From an uncultured Clostridia bacterium (GTDB lineage: Bacteria; Bacillota; Clostridia; TANB77; CAG-508), in assembly GCA_947625685.1 (NCBI GenBank), contig CANQPK010000028.1, forward strand, positions 7,806 to 71,805: a stretch of DNA of 64,000 nt. The letters run 5' to 3'. The position numbers and the translations under genes were made by a program. Position 1 is the stretch's first letter, and each line of letters starts with the position of its first letter. Under the pieces are notes generated by a model that had not been told where the DNA came from, made no database searches, and saw nothing but the letters and a program-made list of their open reading frames with translations. Below, piece by piece: positions 10,902 to 22,209 of this stretch.

Positions 10902-11571
10902 CTAAATTAGTCCCTTTTTTCTAAAATCTTCTATTATACTTTCTGCAAGTTCTGGAGCCATTCTTCCGCATCTTTCACTTACTTCTGCTGTTAATAGATT
11001 TCCTTTTTTCTGATAAAAGTCTACTATTGGTGCTGTTTGTTTTTCATATGTTTCTAATCTTGCACGCATAGTTTCTTCATTATCATCTGCTCTACGCTCT
11101 AAAACTGTTCCACAGAAATCGCAAATCTCACCGTTTTTTTGGTGGATTTAATTTCATATTGAAATCCGCTTTACAGTTAGGGCATTTTCTTCTATTTACA
11201 ACTCTTTCGATTAATTCATCTACTGGAGTTTCCAAATTTACTACTAAATCTATTTTTTTACCTTCTTGACTTAGAAATTCTTTTAGTCTTTCAGCTTGCT
11301 CAGTTGTCCTTGGGAATCCATCTAAGATTACTCCATTTGCTAAGTCTGGTTCTTTTAATCTTGCTTCTATAACTCTTATTGTTAATTCATCTGGAACTAA
11401 TTTTCCATTTGAAATATATCCTTCTACTTCTTTTCCAAGTTCTGTTCCATCTGCTATCGCTTTTCTGAATATATCTCCACTTGATACTGCAGGTATATTT
11501 AATCCTTTTGTTAAAACCTTTGCTGCTGTTCCTTTTCCAGTACCAGGTGCTCCAAGCATTATTATTATCAT
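10902..11571 (-). CDS. adk: Adenylate kinase; one frame break at an in-frame CGG inside the zinc-lid region
   Basis: Starts MIIIMLGAPGTGKGT (P-loop). The zero frame ends NPPKKR*. +1 at CGG 11131-11133 gives KK-G-EICDFCGTVLERRADDNEETMRARLETYEKQTAPIVDFY... Confidence 0.88.
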
Positions 11572-11602
11572 ATTATTATACCTCTCTTTTTTATTTTTGA
11601 AA

Positions 11603-12922
11603 TTATTCCAAAAATCCCTTATAATGACGCATAACAAGTTGTGACTCTAATTGGTTAACCATTTCTAGTGCAACACCAACTACGATTAATATTGATGTAC
11701 CACCGAATGTTATATTTATGCTTGTAAATCTTAATAGCATTGGGATTATAGCTATAATTGCTAAATAAACTCCTCCAAACCATGTTATCTTTGATATTAT
11801 TGAAGATAAATAGTCTGTTGTTGGTTTTCCTGCTCTTATTCCAGGAATAAATCCACCATTCTTCTTAATGTTGTTTGAAACTTCTGCTGGATTAAATGTA
11901 GCAAAAGTATAGAAGAATGTGAATGCAACTATTAATACTAAATATATAATTGCATTTAATATAGTATATCCAATTGGAACAGCTGATGAAGATGTTGCAA
12001 TTGAAAATTTATATATTGTTGCCCAGAATCCTGTCTCGGCTGCAATGTTTGTGTTAAACATTGATATTATCATTGCTGGGAATGTTAGGAATGATGATGC
12101 AAAGATTATTGGTAAAACTCCTGCCATTGCAAGTTTCAATGGTATATGTGTGTTTTGTCCTCCATACATCTTTCTTCCTACTACTTTTTTTGCATATTGT
12201 ACAGGTACTCTTCTTTCAGCTTCTTGTACAAATACAACTGCTGCAACTAATATTATTGCACCAATTATTATTCCAAGTGCTGTTATTAATCCTGTTGTTG
12301 AGAAACCTGCTGATGTAAATATTAAATTCCATACTGTAATTATTCCAGATGGCAATCCTGAAAGGATACCTACGAAGATAATTACTGATATTCCGTTTCC
12401 AATACCTTTACTTGTGATTTGGTCTCCTAACCACATAAGTACTGAAGTTCCTGTAATTAATGATAGTACAACTAATGCTCCTGTCATGAATCCTTGATCA
12501 ACGAATATTCCTGATGATCTATATGATAGGTATATTCCTAAAGATTCTATTAAAGCAAGTACTACTGTTAATATTTTTGTATATTTATTTAATTTTTCTC
12601 TTCCTGCCTCTCCTTCTTCTTTAGAAAGTCTTTCAAGTGCAGGTATTACCATAGCTAACAATTGTATAACAATTGAAGCTGTGATATATGGGCTTATGCT
12701 CATTGCAAATATTGTAAATCTTGAAAAAGCTCCTCCTGATATTAAGTCTATTAAACCTGTTAATCCATTTGAAGCCCCAAGTGCTTCTGCTAATGCTACA
12801 CTGTTTACTCCTGGTACAGTTATGTAGCATCCTAATCTAAATATTACTATTAATAATAATGTGTATAATAGTCTCTTTCTTACATCTGGAGTTTTTATTG
12901 CGTTTTTTATTGTTTGAAACAA
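11603..12922 (-). CDS. secY: Preprotein translocase subunit SecY
   Basis: 439-aa polytopic protein in the canonical position after rplO. Confidence 0.95.
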   Translation of the reverse strand: MFQTIKNAIKTPDVRKRLLYTLLLIVIFRLGCYITVPGVNSVALAEALGASNGLTGLIDLISGGAFSRFTIFAMSISPYITASIVIQLLAMVIPALERLSKEEGEAGREKLNKYTKILTVVLALIESLGIYLSYRSSGIFVDQGFMTGALVVLSLITGTSVLMWLGDQITSKGIGNGISVIIFVGILSGLPSGIITVWNLIFTSAGFSTTGLITALGIIIGAIILVAAVVFVQEAERRVPVQYAKKVVGRKMYGGQNTHIPLKLAMAGVLPIIFASSFLTFPAMIISMFNTNIAAETGFWATIYKFSIATSSSAVPIGYTILNAIIYLVLIVAFTFFYTFATFNPAEVSNNIKKNGGFIPGIRAGKPTTDYLSSIISKITWFGGVYLAIIAIIPMLLRFTSINITFGGTSILIVVGVALEMVNQLESQLVMRHYKGFLE

Positions 12923-13357
12923 TTAAACCACCTCAATCTTTCCTCCGGCAGCTTCGATTTTTTCTTTTGCTGTTTTTGTAAATCTTTTTGCTGATACTTC
13001 TAATTTTTTATCTAAGCTACCTGTTCCTAATATTACTATTCCATCATTTATCTTATTGATTATTCCGTCTTTCATTAGACTTTCTGCTGTTACTTTTTCT
13101 GAATTTGATTTATTTAACATTGTTAAAGTTACTTCTACATAATTTTTTGCGTGAATATTTGTAAATCCTCTTTTTGGTAATCTTCTATATAATGGAGTTT
13201 GACCACCTTCGAAACCACGTCTTACTCCTCCACCTGATCTAGCCTTTTGTCCTTTATGTCCTCTTCCAGATGTTTTTCCAAGTCCTGAACCAACACCACG
13301 ACCAACTCTTGTTCTAGTCTTTTTTTCTACTGCTGGTTTTAATTCGCCTAGTTTCAT
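12923..13357 (-). CDS. rplO: 50S ribosomal protein L15
   Basis: [37 protein letters not shown]. The GTG at 13369 overlaps the RBS. Confidence 0.9.
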   Translation of the reverse strand: MKLGELKPAVEKKTRTRVGRGVGSGLGKTSGRGHKGQKARSGGGVRRGFEGGQTPLYRRLPKRGFTNIHAKNYVEVTLTMLNKSNSEKVTAESLMKDGIINKINDGIVILGTGSLDKKLEVSAKRFTKTAKEKIEAAGGKIEVV

Positions 13358-13375
13358 CTCTATATTCACTCCTTT

Positions 13376-13867
13376 CTATAATATTTCTTCTACTTTTTTA
13401 CCTCTTTTTTGTGCTGCTTGTTCTGCAGTCATCATACTAGTTAAAGCATTAATTGTTGCATAAACTACGTTTCTAGGATTATTTGTTCCTATAACTTTTG
13501 TTCTAATATCTTTATATCCTGCAAGCTCTAATACTGGTCTAACACTTCCTCCAGCGATAACTCCAGTACCTTTTGCTGCTGGTTTTAACATAACTTTAGC
13601 ACTTCCAAATTGTCCAACATATTCATGTGGTATAGTTGTTTCTACTACTGGTACCTCTACTAAGTTTTTCTTAGCATCTTGTATAGCTTTTTTTATACTA
13701 TCAGGTACTTCGGCTGCTTTTCCATTGCCTACACCTATATGTCCATTTTCATCTCCTACAACAACTACTGCACTAAATCTAAAAGTTCTACCACCTTTAA
13801 CAACTTTTGCAACTCTGCTAATGGCTACAACTTTCTCTTTTAATTCTAGTGTATTATTTTCTTCCAT
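13376..13867 (-). CDS. rpsE: 30S ribosomal protein S5
   Basis: ...[30 protein letters not shown]... Confidence 0.95.
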   Translation of the reverse strand: MEENNTLELKEKVVAISRVAKVVKGGRTFRFSAVVVVGDENGHIGVGNGKAAEVPDSIKKAIQDAKKNLVEVPVVETTIPHEYVGQFGSAKVMLKPAAKGTGVIAGGSVRPVLELAGYKDIRTKVIGTNNPRNVVYATINALTSMMTAEQAAQKRGKKVEEIL

Positions 13868-13892
13868 TTATGAGTTTTCCTCCTTTTTTATT

Positions 13893-14252
13893 TTAGAATT
13901 TTAATCCTCCTTCACGAGCTGCTTCTGCAAGTTCTTTTACAACACCGTGATATATATATCCGCCTCTGTCAAATACTATTTCTTCTATTTTCTTTTCCTT
14001 AGCTCTTTTAGCAATTAAAGCTCCAACTTCTTTTGCTGCTTCTTTATTACTATGTTTTGTTTTTACTTCTTTATCCATAGTAGAAGCTTGTGCTAAAGTT
14101 TTTCCAGCTACATCATCAATTAATTGTACATATAAATTTGTATTACTTCTATATACGCATAATCTTGGACGCTCAGCTGTTCCAGAAATTTTATTACGAA
14201 CGCGCATATGTCTTCTTTCTCTTTCTAGCTTTCTATTAGTTTTAGATACCAT
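13893..14252 (-). CDS. rplR: 50S ribosomal protein L18
   Basis: ...[20 protein letters not shown]...[26 protein letters not shown]. Confidence 0.95.
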   Translation of the reverse strand: MVSKTNRKLERERRHMRVRNKISGTAERPRLCVYRSNTNLYVQLIDDVAGKTLAQASTMDKEVKTKHSNKEAAKEVGALIAKRAKEKKIEEIVFDRGGYIYHGVVKELAEAAREGGLKF

Positions 14253-14295
14253 TTTTGTAAGCTCCTTTCTTATAAATTTAGTTATTCAATTGAGA

Positions 14296-14835
14296 TTACT
14301 TCTTACCTGTCTTACCTTCCTTACGTCTAATAACTTCATCAATGTACTTAATACCTTTTCCACGATATACTTCTGGTGGTCTTTTTGTTCTTATTTCTGC
14401 TGCTATTTGACCAACTAATTCTTTATCTATACCTTTTACTATTATTGAGTTTGGATTTGGTACATCAAATGAAATTCCTGCAGGTGCTTTATATATTACA
14501 GGTTGTGAATAACCTAATGTTAAATTTAAGTCATTTCCTTGCTTTTGAACTCTGTAACCAACACCATTTATTTCTAACTCTTTCTTAAATTCTTCTTTTA
14601 CACCTATTACCATATTGTTTATTAATGTTCTTGTTAGTCCATGTAGGCTTTTCATAGCAGTTTCATCGTTTGGTCTTTTTATAACTACTTTGCCTTCCTC
14701 TACAGAAACCGCAATATTTGCATTTATATCTCTTTCTAAAGTACCTTTTGGTCCTTTTACTGTAATGTGACTTCCCTCAACATTAACTTCAACACCTTCT
14801 GGTATTGTAATAGGACTATTTCCTATTCTTGACAT
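14296..14835 (-). CDS. rplF: 50S ribosomal protein L6
   Basis: MSRIGNSPITIPEGVEVNVEGSHITVKGPKG... Confidence 0.95.
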   Translation of the reverse strand: MSRIGNSPITIPEGVEVNVEGSHITVKGPKGTLERDINANIAVSVEEGKVVIKRPNDETAMKSLHGLTRTLINNMVIGVKEEFKKELEINGVGYRVQKQGNDLNLTLGYSQPVIYKAPAGISFDVPNPNSIIVKGIDKELVGQIAAEIRTKRPPEVYRGKGIKYIDEVIRRKEGKTGKK

Positions 14836-14873
14836 TTTTTATTCACCTCTTCTTTACATCTTCTAATTATAGA

Positions 14874-15272
14874 CTACCATACATATGCTAGGACTTCTCC
14901 TCCTAGTCCTTCTTTTCTTGCTTCTCTATCTGTCATAATACCTTTTGATGTAGATACTATTGCGATTCCTAAACCATTTAAAACTTTAGGTAAATCTTCT
15001 TTAGAAGCATAAACTCTTAGTCCTGGTTTGCTTATTCTTTTTATTCCAGCTATAACTCTATTTCCGTTTTCATCATACTTTAGAGCTATTCTGATTGTTC
15101 CTTGAACATCATTGGATATTTCTTCAAATGATTTTATATATCCTTCTTTAAATAATATATTTGCAATAGCAAGTTTCATTTTTGATGCAGGTACATCAAC
15201 TGTTTTATGCTTGCTACTATTTGCATTTCTTATTCTTGTTAGCATATCTGCTATTGGATCTGTGGTGTTCAT
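14874..15272 (-). CDS. rpsH: 30S ribosomal protein S8
   Basis: [19 protein letters not shown]... Confidence 0.95.
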   Translation of the reverse strand: MNTTDPIADMLTRIRNANSSKHKTVDVPASKMKLAIANILFKEGYIKSFEEISNDVQGTIRIALKYDENGNRVIAGIKRISKPGLRVYASKEDLPKVLNGLGIAIVSTSKGIMTDREARKEGLGGEVLAYVW

Positions 15273-15322
15273 TTATATCCTCCTCTCATATTTTTCTTTA
15301 ATTTGGTTTTAAAGCCAAATTT

Positions 15323-15508
15323 TTACCAACTTGCTTTCTTAACTCCTGGAATTTCTCCATCATGTGCTAATTTTCTAAAGCATACACGGCAAATTCCATA
15401 TTTTCTGATATATGCATGTGGTCTACCACATATTTTGCATCTATTATATTCTCTTGTTTTATATTTTTGTGGTTTTTGTTGTTTGATTATCATTGACTTT
15501 TTAGCCAT
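15323..15508 (-). CDS. rpsN: 30S ribosomal protein S14 type Z (zinc form)
   Basis: 61 aa with [21 protein letters not shown]. Confidence 0.93.
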   Translation of the reverse strand: MAKKSMIIKQQKPQKYKTREYNRCKICGRPHAYIRKYGICRVCFRKLAHDGEIPGVKKASW

Positions 15509-15559
15509 AATTTTCTCCTTTCATCAAACTTATTTATTTACTATTATAAAAAGCTTTTA

Positions 15560-16099
15560 TTAGTTTTTAAATGGCATTCCCAATAATGTTAATAATTCAC
15601 GAGCTTCTTCATCATTATTTGCTGTTGTTACAAATATTATATCCATTCCTCTTAATTTATCAATCTTGTCATATTCTATTTCTGGGAATATCAATTGTTC
15701 TTTAACTCCCATAGAATAATTTCCTTTACCATCGAATGAATCTTTAGATAATCCTCTAAAGTCTCTAACTCTTGGCAATGCAACATTAAATAGTTTATAT
15801 GCAAATTCATACATTTTTTCTTTTCTTAATGTAACTTTGCATCCAATATTTGCACCTTCTCTTAATTTAAATGCAGCTATTGATTTTCTAGCTTTAGTTA
15901 TAATTGGTTGTTGACCTGTAATTATCTTTAAATCATTCATTGCATTATCTAAAGCTTTAGGATTATCTCTTGTATCTCCTAATCCTATATTTATAACTAT
16001 CTTTTCAAGTTTTGGAACTTGCATTATAGATTTATAATTAAATTTTTTCATCAATGCTGGAACTACTTCTTTTTCATATTGTTCTCTTAATTTTTCCAT
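15560..16099 (-). CDS. rplE: 50S ribosomal protein L5
   Basis: 179 aa in the canonical position. Confidence 0.95.
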   Translation of the reverse strand: MEKLREQYEKEVVPALMKKFNYKSIMQVPKLEKIVINIGLGDTRDNPKALDNAMNDLKIITGQQPIITKARKSIAAFKLREGANIGCKVTLRKEKMYEFAYKLFNVALPRVRDFRGLSKDSFDGKGNYSMGVKEQLIFPEIEYDKIDKLRGMDIIFVTTANNDEEARELLTLLGMPFKN

Positions 16100-16130
16100 G
16101 ATGCCTAATTTCCTCCTCTCTCATTTACTA

Positions 16131-16439
16131 TTATTTTAATTTGGCATTGCATTTTTTACAAACGCGTACCTTCTCATCTTTTTCCATAACATAACCTATT
16201 CTAGTTGGTTTGTTACATTTAGGGCATACCACACTAACTTTGCTACTATGTATAGCACACTCAACTGGTATTATTCCACCCTCTTCTCCTTGTTTTTTAG
16301 GTTTTACATGTCTCTTTCTAATATTTACACCTTTAACTATAATTTTTTCAGTTTTTGGTATAATCTCTAGAACTTCTCCTTTTTTACCTTTATCATTTCC
16401 TGATAAAACATAAACTGTATCTCCCTTTTTTATTTTCAT
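16131..16439 (-). CDS. rplX: 50S ribosomal protein L24
   Basis: MKIKKGDTVYVLSGNDKGKKGEVLEI... Confidence 0.93.
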   Translation of the reverse strand: MKIKKGDTVYVLSGNDKGKKGEVLEIIPKTEKIIVKGVNIRKRHVKPKKQGEEGGIIPVECAIHSSKVSVVCPKCNKPTRIGYVMEKDEKVRVCKKCNAKLK

Positions 16440-16494
16440 ATTTCTATTTTCACCTCTTTATACTTACAATGTTATTTATCTCTTTTTGCTTATT

Positions 16495-16863
16495 TTATAG
16501 AACTTCTGGCGCAAGAGAAAGAATCTTCATATACTCCTTCTCTCTAAGCTCTCTTGCTACTGGACCAAATATACGAGTTCCTTTTGGTGTTCCATCTTCA
16601 CGAATTATTACGGCTGCATTTTCATCAAACTTAATATATGAACCGTCAGCACGTCTTACACCTTTTTTGCTTCTTACTACAACAGCTTTTACAACGTCAC
16701 CTTTTTTTACAACTCCTCCTGGTGTAGCATCTTTAACTGAAGCAACTATTACATCTCCAATATTTGCATATCTTCTATATGAACCACCTAAACATCTGAT
16801 ACACATAATCTCTTTTGCACCAGTGTTGTCAGCTACTTTTAATATTGATTGTTGTTGGACCAT
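16495..16863 (-). CDS. rplN: 50S ribosomal protein L14
   Basis: [23 protein letters not shown]... Confidence 0.95.
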   Translation of the reverse strand: MVQQQSILKVADNTGAKEIMCIRCLGGSYRRYANIGDVIVASVKDATPGGVVKKGDVVKAVVVRSKKGVRRADGSYIKFDENAAVIIREDGTPKGTRIFGPVARELREKEYMKILSLAPEVL

Positions 16864-16902
16864 GTTTTTTCTCCTTCCTTTTTAATAATGAAAAATTTTA
16901 TA

Positions 16903-17157
16903 TTATTCTGCTTTTTCAAGTATTTCAACAACTCTCCATCTTTTTTGTTTAGATAAAGGTCTTGTTTCCATTACTTTTACTCTATCTCCAATATTGCATT
17001 CATTTTTTTCGTCATGAGCTTTTAGTTTATATGTTTTCTTCATTGTTTTTTGATAAGTGCTATGTCTTACATTTGTTTCAACTGATACAACAACTGTCTT
17101 ATCCATTTTATTAGATGTTACTGTACCAATCATAACTTTACGAAGATTTCTTTCCAT
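16903..17157 (-). CDS. rpsQ: 30S ribosomal protein S17
   Basis: 84 aa, ...[17 protein letters not shown]... Confidence 0.93.
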   Translation of the reverse strand: MERNLRKVMIGTVTSNKMDKTVVVSVETNVRHSTYQKTMKKTYKLKAHDEKNECNIGDRVKVMETRPLSKQKRWRVVEILEKAE

Positions 17158-17177
17158 TTCTTAGAATCTCTCCTTTC

Positions 17178-17378
17178 TTATTTGTTTGCTAATTCTCTTT
17201 GTCTTAACACTGTATTTATTCTAGCGATATCTTTCTTTACTTCCTTTATTTTCATAGGATTATCTAATCCATTTGTTGCTAGACTAAATCTCAATTTAAA
17301 TAATTCTGTTTTTAATTCACCTAATTCTTTTTCAAGTTCTGGTGAAGACATTTCGGTTATTTTATTAATCTTCAACTT
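17178..17378 (-). CDS. rpmC: 50S ribosomal protein L29
   Basis: Likely TTG start giving [30 protein letters not shown]. The GTG at 17387 is an alternative start. Confidence 0.85.
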   Translation of the reverse strand, partial: KLKINKITEMSSPELEKELGELKTELFKLRFSLATNGLDNPMKIKEVKKDIARINTVLRQRELANK

Positions 17379-17805
17379 TATCACCACCCAATTTATTTTC
17401 TCTTACTACAAATTTTGCGCTAACAGGTAGTTTGTTTGCAGCAAGTCTCAAAGCTTCTTTTGCTATATCTTCTGGAACACCTTCTATCTCAAACATTACT
17501 CTTCCTGGTTTTACTCTTGCTACCCAATACTCTGGAGCACCTTTACCTTTACCCATACGAGTTTCAGCAGGTTTCTTTGTTATTGGTTTGTCTGGGAATA
17601 TTTTTATCCAAACTTTACCACCTCTTTTTATATAACGAGTTAAGGCTATACGAGCAGCTTCTATTTGATTTGATTTAATAAGTGCTGCTCCTGTTGCTTG
17701 AAGTCCATATTCTCCATCAGTAACCTTTGTTCCTCTTGTTGCTTTTCCTCTATTTCTACCTTTTTGCATTTTTCTATATTTTGTTCTTTTTGGCATTAAT
17801 GGCAT
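17365..17805 (-). CDS. rplP: 50S ribosomal protein L16
   Basis: [20 protein letters not shown]... Confidence 0.95.
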   Translation of the reverse strand: MPLMPKRTKYRKMQKGRNRGKATRGTKVTDGEYGLQATGAALIKSNQIEAARIALTRYIKRGGKVWIKIFPDKPITKKPAETRMGKGKGAPEYWVARVKPGRVMFEIEGVPEDIAKEALRLAANKLPVSAKFVVRENKLGGDKVED

Positions 17806-18467
17806 TAGTCTTCTCCCCCTTCTGTTTTAGTTTTTTTAGTAGGAAGAACTTCTCCTTTATATATCCAAACTTTAACACCTATTTTTCCATAAGTTGTATC
17901 AGCCTCATAGAATCCATAATCTATATCAGCTCTTAAAGTTTGAAGAGGTATTGTACCTTCTTTATAGAATTCTGTTCTTGCCATATCAGCTCCGGCTAAT
18001 CTTCCTGATACAGATGTCTTTATTCCTAAAGCACCTGCTTTCATAGCTTTAGCCATTGCTTGCTTCATTGCACGTCTAAATGAAATTCTCTTTTCCAATT
18101 GTGCACAGATATTTTCTGCAACTAATTGTGCATTTGTATCCATATCTTTTACTTCTATGATATCGATTTTAACATCTTTTCCTATCATTTTTTGTAGATC
18201 TGTTTTTAATGTTTCTACTAAGCTTCCTCCTTTTCCTATTACTAGTCCTGGTTTTGCTGTATAAACATTAACTTTTACTAATTTAGTAGTTCTTTCAATA
18301 ACGATTTTTGAAATTCCACTAATAAATAATTTTTTCTTTACATATTCACGGATTTTGTGATCTTCTACTAAGTATTCAGAATAATGTTTTTTATCTGCAT
18401 ACCATTTTGAATCCCAATCTTTAATGACACCAATTCTTAATCCGTGTGGATGCATTTTTTGTCCCAT
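17805..18467 (-). CDS. rpsC: 30S ribosomal protein S3
   Basis: [24 protein letters not shown]... Confidence 0.95.
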   Translation of the reverse strand: MGQKMHPHGLRIGVIKDWDSKWYADKKHYSEYLVEDHKIREYVKKKLFISGISKIVIERTTKLVKVNVYTAKPGLVIGKGGSLVETLKTDLQKMIGKDVKIDIIEVKDMDTNAQLVAENICAQLEKRISFRRAMKQAMAKAMKAGALGIKTSVSGRLAGADMARTEFYKEGTIPLQTLRADIDYGFYEADTTYGKIGVKVWIYKGEVLPTKKTKTEGGED

Positions 18468-18485
18468 AGTAATAGTTCCTCCTTC

Positions 18486-18839
18486 CTATTCTCTTTCCTT
18501 TAATACTATTGTTATATGACTCGTTCTTTTTCTTATTCTTACTGCTGAACCTTTAGCTGCTGGTCTTATTCTTTTTAGAGTTGGACCTTGATTTGCGTAG
18601 ATTTCAGCAACATATAGATTTTGGCTATTCATATTATGATTGTTTTCAGCATTTGCGATTGCTGATTTTAATAGCTTTTCAATAGTTTCTGATGCTATTT
18701 TTGGTGTAAATTTAACTATTGCTAATGCTTCATTTACATCTTTTCCTCTTATTAAATCTGCAACGATTTTTACTTTTCTAGCAGAAATTCTTGCATATTT
18801 AAGAGTTGCTCTAGCTTCTAAGTTTGCTACTTCTTCCAT
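18486..18839 (-). CDS. rplV: 50S ribosomal protein L22
   Basis: 117 aa, ...[23 protein letters not shown]... Confidence 0.93.
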   Translation of the reverse strand: MEEVANLEARATLKYARISARKVKIVADLIRGKDVNEALAIVKFTPKIASETIEKLLKSAIANAENNHNMNSQNLYVAEIYANQGPTLKRIRPAAKGSAVRIRKRTSHITIVLKERE

Positions 18840-18872
18840 GTTCGCTAAACCTCCCTTTATTTATTCTAATCT

Positions 18873-19154
18873 CTAATTTTTAACAGTTGATGCTTTTTCT
18901 CCTGCATGACCTTTAAAGGTACGTGTTGGAGCAAATTCACCTAATTTATGTCCTATCATTTCTTCAGCAATATATACTGGAACATGTTTTCTTCCGTCAT
19001 GTACTGCTATTGTATGTCCTACCATTTGTGGATATATTGTTGATGCTCTTGACCATGTTTTTAATACTTCTTTTTTACCTTCTTCGTTCATAGCTTCTAT
19101 TCTCTTTAATAGCTTAGGCTCAACAAAAGGCATCTTTTTAGTTGATCTTGACAT
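18873..19154 (-). CDS. rpsS: 30S ribosomal protein S19
   Basis: ...[16 protein letters not shown]...[16 protein letters not shown]. Confidence 0.95.
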   Translation of the reverse strand: MSRSTKKMPFVEPKLLKRIEAMNEEGKKEVLKTWSRASTIYPQMVGHTIAVHDGRKHVPVYIAEEMIGHKLGEFAPTRTFKGHAGEKASTVKN

Positions 19155-19178
19155 AGGTTTTCATATCCTCCTTATCTT

Positions 19179-20000
19179 TTATTTTCTTCTCTTAACTATA
19201 AATTTATCAGAAGATTTATGTTTTTCTCTTGTCTTATATCCAAGTGCTGGTTTACCCCAAGGAGTAAGTGGTCCAGGTCTACCTACTGGTGCTTTACCTT
19301 CACCACCACCATGAGGGTGATCTACTGGGTTCATAGCACTACCTCTTACTGTAGGTCTAATTCCCATATGTCTTTTTCTTCCAGCTTTTCCTAATTTAAC
19401 ATTTTCGTGATCTGAATTTCCAATTGTTCCTATTGTTGCTCTGCAACTTATAGAAACTAATCTCATTTCTCCTGAAGGTAATCTTACATGAGCATATTTT
19501 CCTTCTTTTGCCATTAATTGTGCTTCTTGTCCTGCTGCTCTAACCATTTTTCCACCTTGACCTGGATTTAATTCAATATTATGAATCATTGTACCAACTG
19601 GAATGCTTTCGATTGGCATGCAGTTTCCTGGTTTAATATCTACTTTGGCTCCTGAAATTACTTTATCTCCGTCTTTTAATCCAAGTGGTGCAAGTATATA
19701 TGCTTTTTCTCCATCTTCATATTGGATCAATGCTATGTTACTGCTACGATTTGGATCATATTCTATGCCAAGTACTGTTGCTGGCATGTCATCTTTTTTA
19801 CGTTTAAAATCAATTATTCTATATTTTTGTCTATTTCCTCCACCTTGATGTCTAACTGTTATTCTTCCATAAGAGTTTCTTCCTGCATTTTTTCTTTTCT
19901 TTTCAAGTAAAGATTTTTCAGGAGTTTTCTTTGTTATTTCATCAAATGAAGATACAGTCATATTTCTTCTTGATGGGGTGTATGCTCTGAAGTGTTTCAT
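19179..20000 (-). CDS. rplB: 50S ribosomal protein L2
   Basis: True start is [12 protein letters not shown], with RBS ggaggag upstream. Contains ...[14 protein letters not shown]... Confidence 0.93.
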   Translation of the reverse strand: MKHFRAYTPSRRNMTVSSFDEITKKTPEKSLLEKKRKNAGRNSYGRITVRHQGGGNRQKYRIIDFKRKKDDMPATVLGIEYDPNRSSNIALIQYEDGEKAYILAPLGLKDGDKVISGAKVDIKPGNCMPIESIPVGTMIHNIELNPGQGGKMVRAAGQEAQLMAKEGKYAHVRLPSGEMRLVSISCRATIGTIGNSDHENVKLGKAGRKRHMGIRPTVRGSAMNPVDHPHGGGEGKAPVGRPGPLTPWGKPALGYKTREKHKSSDKFIVKRRK

Positions 20001-20003
20001 TTC

Positions 20004-20341
20004 TATCTCCTCCTCGAACTTATGAAAAACGTCGTCTTGCGTTGTCAAATTTCGGACAAATTACCTTCGACAACCATTAGGTTAGTCTCAGGATAATTTG
20101 CCTCATTTTCCTAGCAATTCAACATTTTTGATAAGTTCTCTAATTTATCAATGTTGTTTTGCAAGGTTTTACGCAAATTATTCGTTTTATTTAGTTCTTT
20201 TTTAATATATTTACGGACTTTTTCCTGCTCCGTATTGCAGATATTCTTTATTTTCCTGGTATTTTCCAGATAATTTTATCGATTAAATTTGCTTTGATTA
20301 ATTTCAGCTTTATAGTTATGTGCTCCTAGATCTGCTCTTTT
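20004..20341 (-). pseudogene. Stop-interrupted coding remnant continuing the frame of the 57-aa ORF
   Basis: Same frame as ORF 20342-20515: 21 codons, TAA, 56 open codons (NYLENTRKIKNICNTEQEKVRKYIKKELNKTNNLRKTLQNNIDKLENLSKMLNC), TAG, about 20 codons, TGA. Confidence 0.4.
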
Positions 20342-20515
20342 TTATTTTTCTTGGTCTAGCTCTGTATATCCACCAGATCTCTTAAATTCTCCTTCTCTTT
20401 CCATAACTTTCTTTATTGTTCCTTTTTCAACTAATCTCTTGAAATCTTCTGCGATATCATCAGAATGAGTATATTTCATTCTTCCTATAAATTCTTTTCT
20501 CTCTTCTTTACTCAT
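20342..20515 (-). CDS. Small hypothetical protein (57 aa) inserted between rplW and rplB
   Basis: ATG lies 3 nt after the rplW stop. Translates to MSKEEREKFIGRMKYTHSDDIAEDFKRLVEKGTIKKVMEREGEFKRSGGYTELDQEK. Below the ORF-track cutoff. Confidence 0.5.
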   Translation of the reverse strand: MSKEERKEFIGRMKYTHSDDIAEDFKRLVEKGTIKKVMEREGEFKRSGGYTELDQEK

Positions 20516-20518
20516 AAT

Positions 20519-20866
20519 CTATGCCCCCATAAATTCATCAATAGTATCTTTATATTTCTTAGATACTTTAACTTCTTTACCACCTTTTGAAAGGTATGTT
20601 TTATCTTCTGGATTTGTATCAATTGTTACAATTGCTTTTTTCCAATCAGGTGTCATTCCTGTATGGGCTCCCATTCTTTTTTCTTTTCCTTTTACAGATA
20701 TTGTATTTACTTTTAATACCTTAACTTCAAAAAGTTTTTCTACAGCTTTTGCTATTTCAACTTTTGTAGCTTTTTTATTTACTTCAAAGGTATACTTTCC
20801 ATTTTGTAATTCACTACTACTTTTTTCTGTAACTACTGGTGCTATTATTATATCTTCTGGTCTCAT
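20519..20866 (-). CDS. rplW: 50S ribosomal protein L23
   Basis: 115 aa, ...IIAPVVTEKSSSELQNGKYTFEVNKKATKVEIAKAVEKLF... Confidence 0.93.
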   Translation of the reverse strand: MRPEDIIIAPVVTEKSSSELQNGKYTFEVNKKATKVEIAKAVEKLFEVKVLKVNTISVKGKEKRMGAHTGMTPDWKKAIVTIDTNPEDKTYLSKGGKEVKVSKKYKDTIDEFMGA

Positions 20867-21489
20867 TATGCGTACACCTCCTCTAGTTTCTTTATAGTAT
20901 CTAGAGTTACTACAAGTTTTGTGTATTTTAATAAATCATAAACATTTATTGTATTTACTAAACTTGTTTTTACTCCTTCGATATTTCTTGCTGATTTTTG
21001 AACATTTTCATTTTTCTCTGGTAAAAGTATTAATGCTTTTCCTTCTACTTTTAAATTTGTTAATGCATTTACCATGTTCTTTGTTTTTATTTCATTAAAT
21101 GCTAATTTATCAACAACTACTAATTCATTTTCTGCGACTTTAGAACTTAATAAAGATTTAATTGCTAATCTTTTTTCTTTCTTATTTACTTTATAACTAT
21201 ATAAGCGAGGTTTTGGCCCTAAAGCTATACCACCTTTTATCCATTGTGGAGCACGAGTACTTCCTTGTCTTGCTCTACCTGTTTCTTTTTGTTTCCAAGG
21301 TTTCTTTCCACCACCAGAAACTTCTGCTCTAGTTTTAGTGCTTTGTGTTCCTTGTCTTTGATTAGCTAAATAGTTTACAAGTACACTGTGTACTAAGCTT
21401 TCGTTTGGTACTATACCAAATATTTCTTCTTTTAAATCTATATCGCTAACTTTTTTACCTTTTATATCATAAACATCTACTTTTGGCAT
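20866..21489 (-). CDS. rplD: 50S ribosomal protein L4
   Basis: 207 aa, ...VSGGGKKPWKQKETGRARQGSTRAPQW... Confidence 0.95.
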   Translation of the reverse strand: MPKVDVYDIKGKKVSDIDLKEEIFGIVPNESLVHSVLVNYLANQRQGTQSTKTRAEVSGGGKKPWKQKETGRARQGSTRAPQWIKGGIALGPKPRLYSYKVNKKEKRLAIKSLLSSKVAENELVVVDKLAFNEIKTKNMVNALTNLKVEGKALILLPEKNENVQKSARNIEGVKTSLVNTINVYDLLKYTKLVVTLDTIKKLEEVYA

Positions 21490-21512
21490 TTTATTTCCTC
21501 CTTCCTAATTTG

Positions 21513-22145
21513 TTATGCTGATTTAACTGATTTTTTTATTTTTAGTATTGCACCTTTAGCTCCTGGTACACTACCTTTAACTAATATTACATTTTTATCA
21601 GTATCAATTTTTACAACATCTAAGTTTTGTATCGTAACAGTTTCACATCCCATATGTCCTGGAAGTTTTTTACCTTTATAAACTCTTCCTGGAGTTGATG
21701 TAGAACCCATTGAACCTGGTCTTCTATGATACATAGATCCATGTCCCATTGGTCCTCTATGTTGTCCATGACGTTTAATAACGCCTTGGAATCCCTTTCC
21801 TTTTGTTACACCTTGTATATCTACTTTATCACCTTGTTCAAAAACATCTACCTTTATTTCGTCTCCAACTTTTACTTCATCTAAATTGCTTACTCTAAAT
21901 TCTCTTAAATGTTTCTTTAAAGCAAGTTTAGATTTAGCAAAATGTCCTTTTAAAGGTTTATTTAAATGTTTTTCTTTAACATCTCCGAACCCTAATTGTA
22001 TACTACTATATCCGTCTGTTTCTTCTGTCTTTACTTGAGTAACTGTGCAAGGTCCAGCTTCTATAACTGTTACAGGAACGACTAAACCATTTTCATTAAA
22101 TATTTGTGTCATTCCTAGTTTTTTACCAATAATTGTTTTATTCAT
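21513..22145 (-). CDS. rplC: 50S ribosomal protein L3
   Basis: True start is [16 protein letters not shown], with RBS aaaggag upstream. Confidence 0.93.
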   Translation of the reverse strand: MNKTIIGKKLGMTQIFNENGLVVPVTVIEAGPCTVTQVKTEETDGYSSIQLGFGDVKEKHLNKPLKGHFAKSKLALKKHLREFRVSNLDEVKVGDEIKVDVFEQGDKVDIQGVTKGKGFQGVIKRHGQHRGPMGHGSMYHRRPGSMGSTSTPGRVYKGKKLPGHMGCETVTIQNLDVVKIDTDKNVILVKGSVPGAKGAILKIKKSVKSA

Positions 22146-22209
22146 TTTGTTTTCTCCTTTCTGCTTCGATTTTCTAGATGTCAATATTATTTACATCTAT
22201 ATTTTAAAA

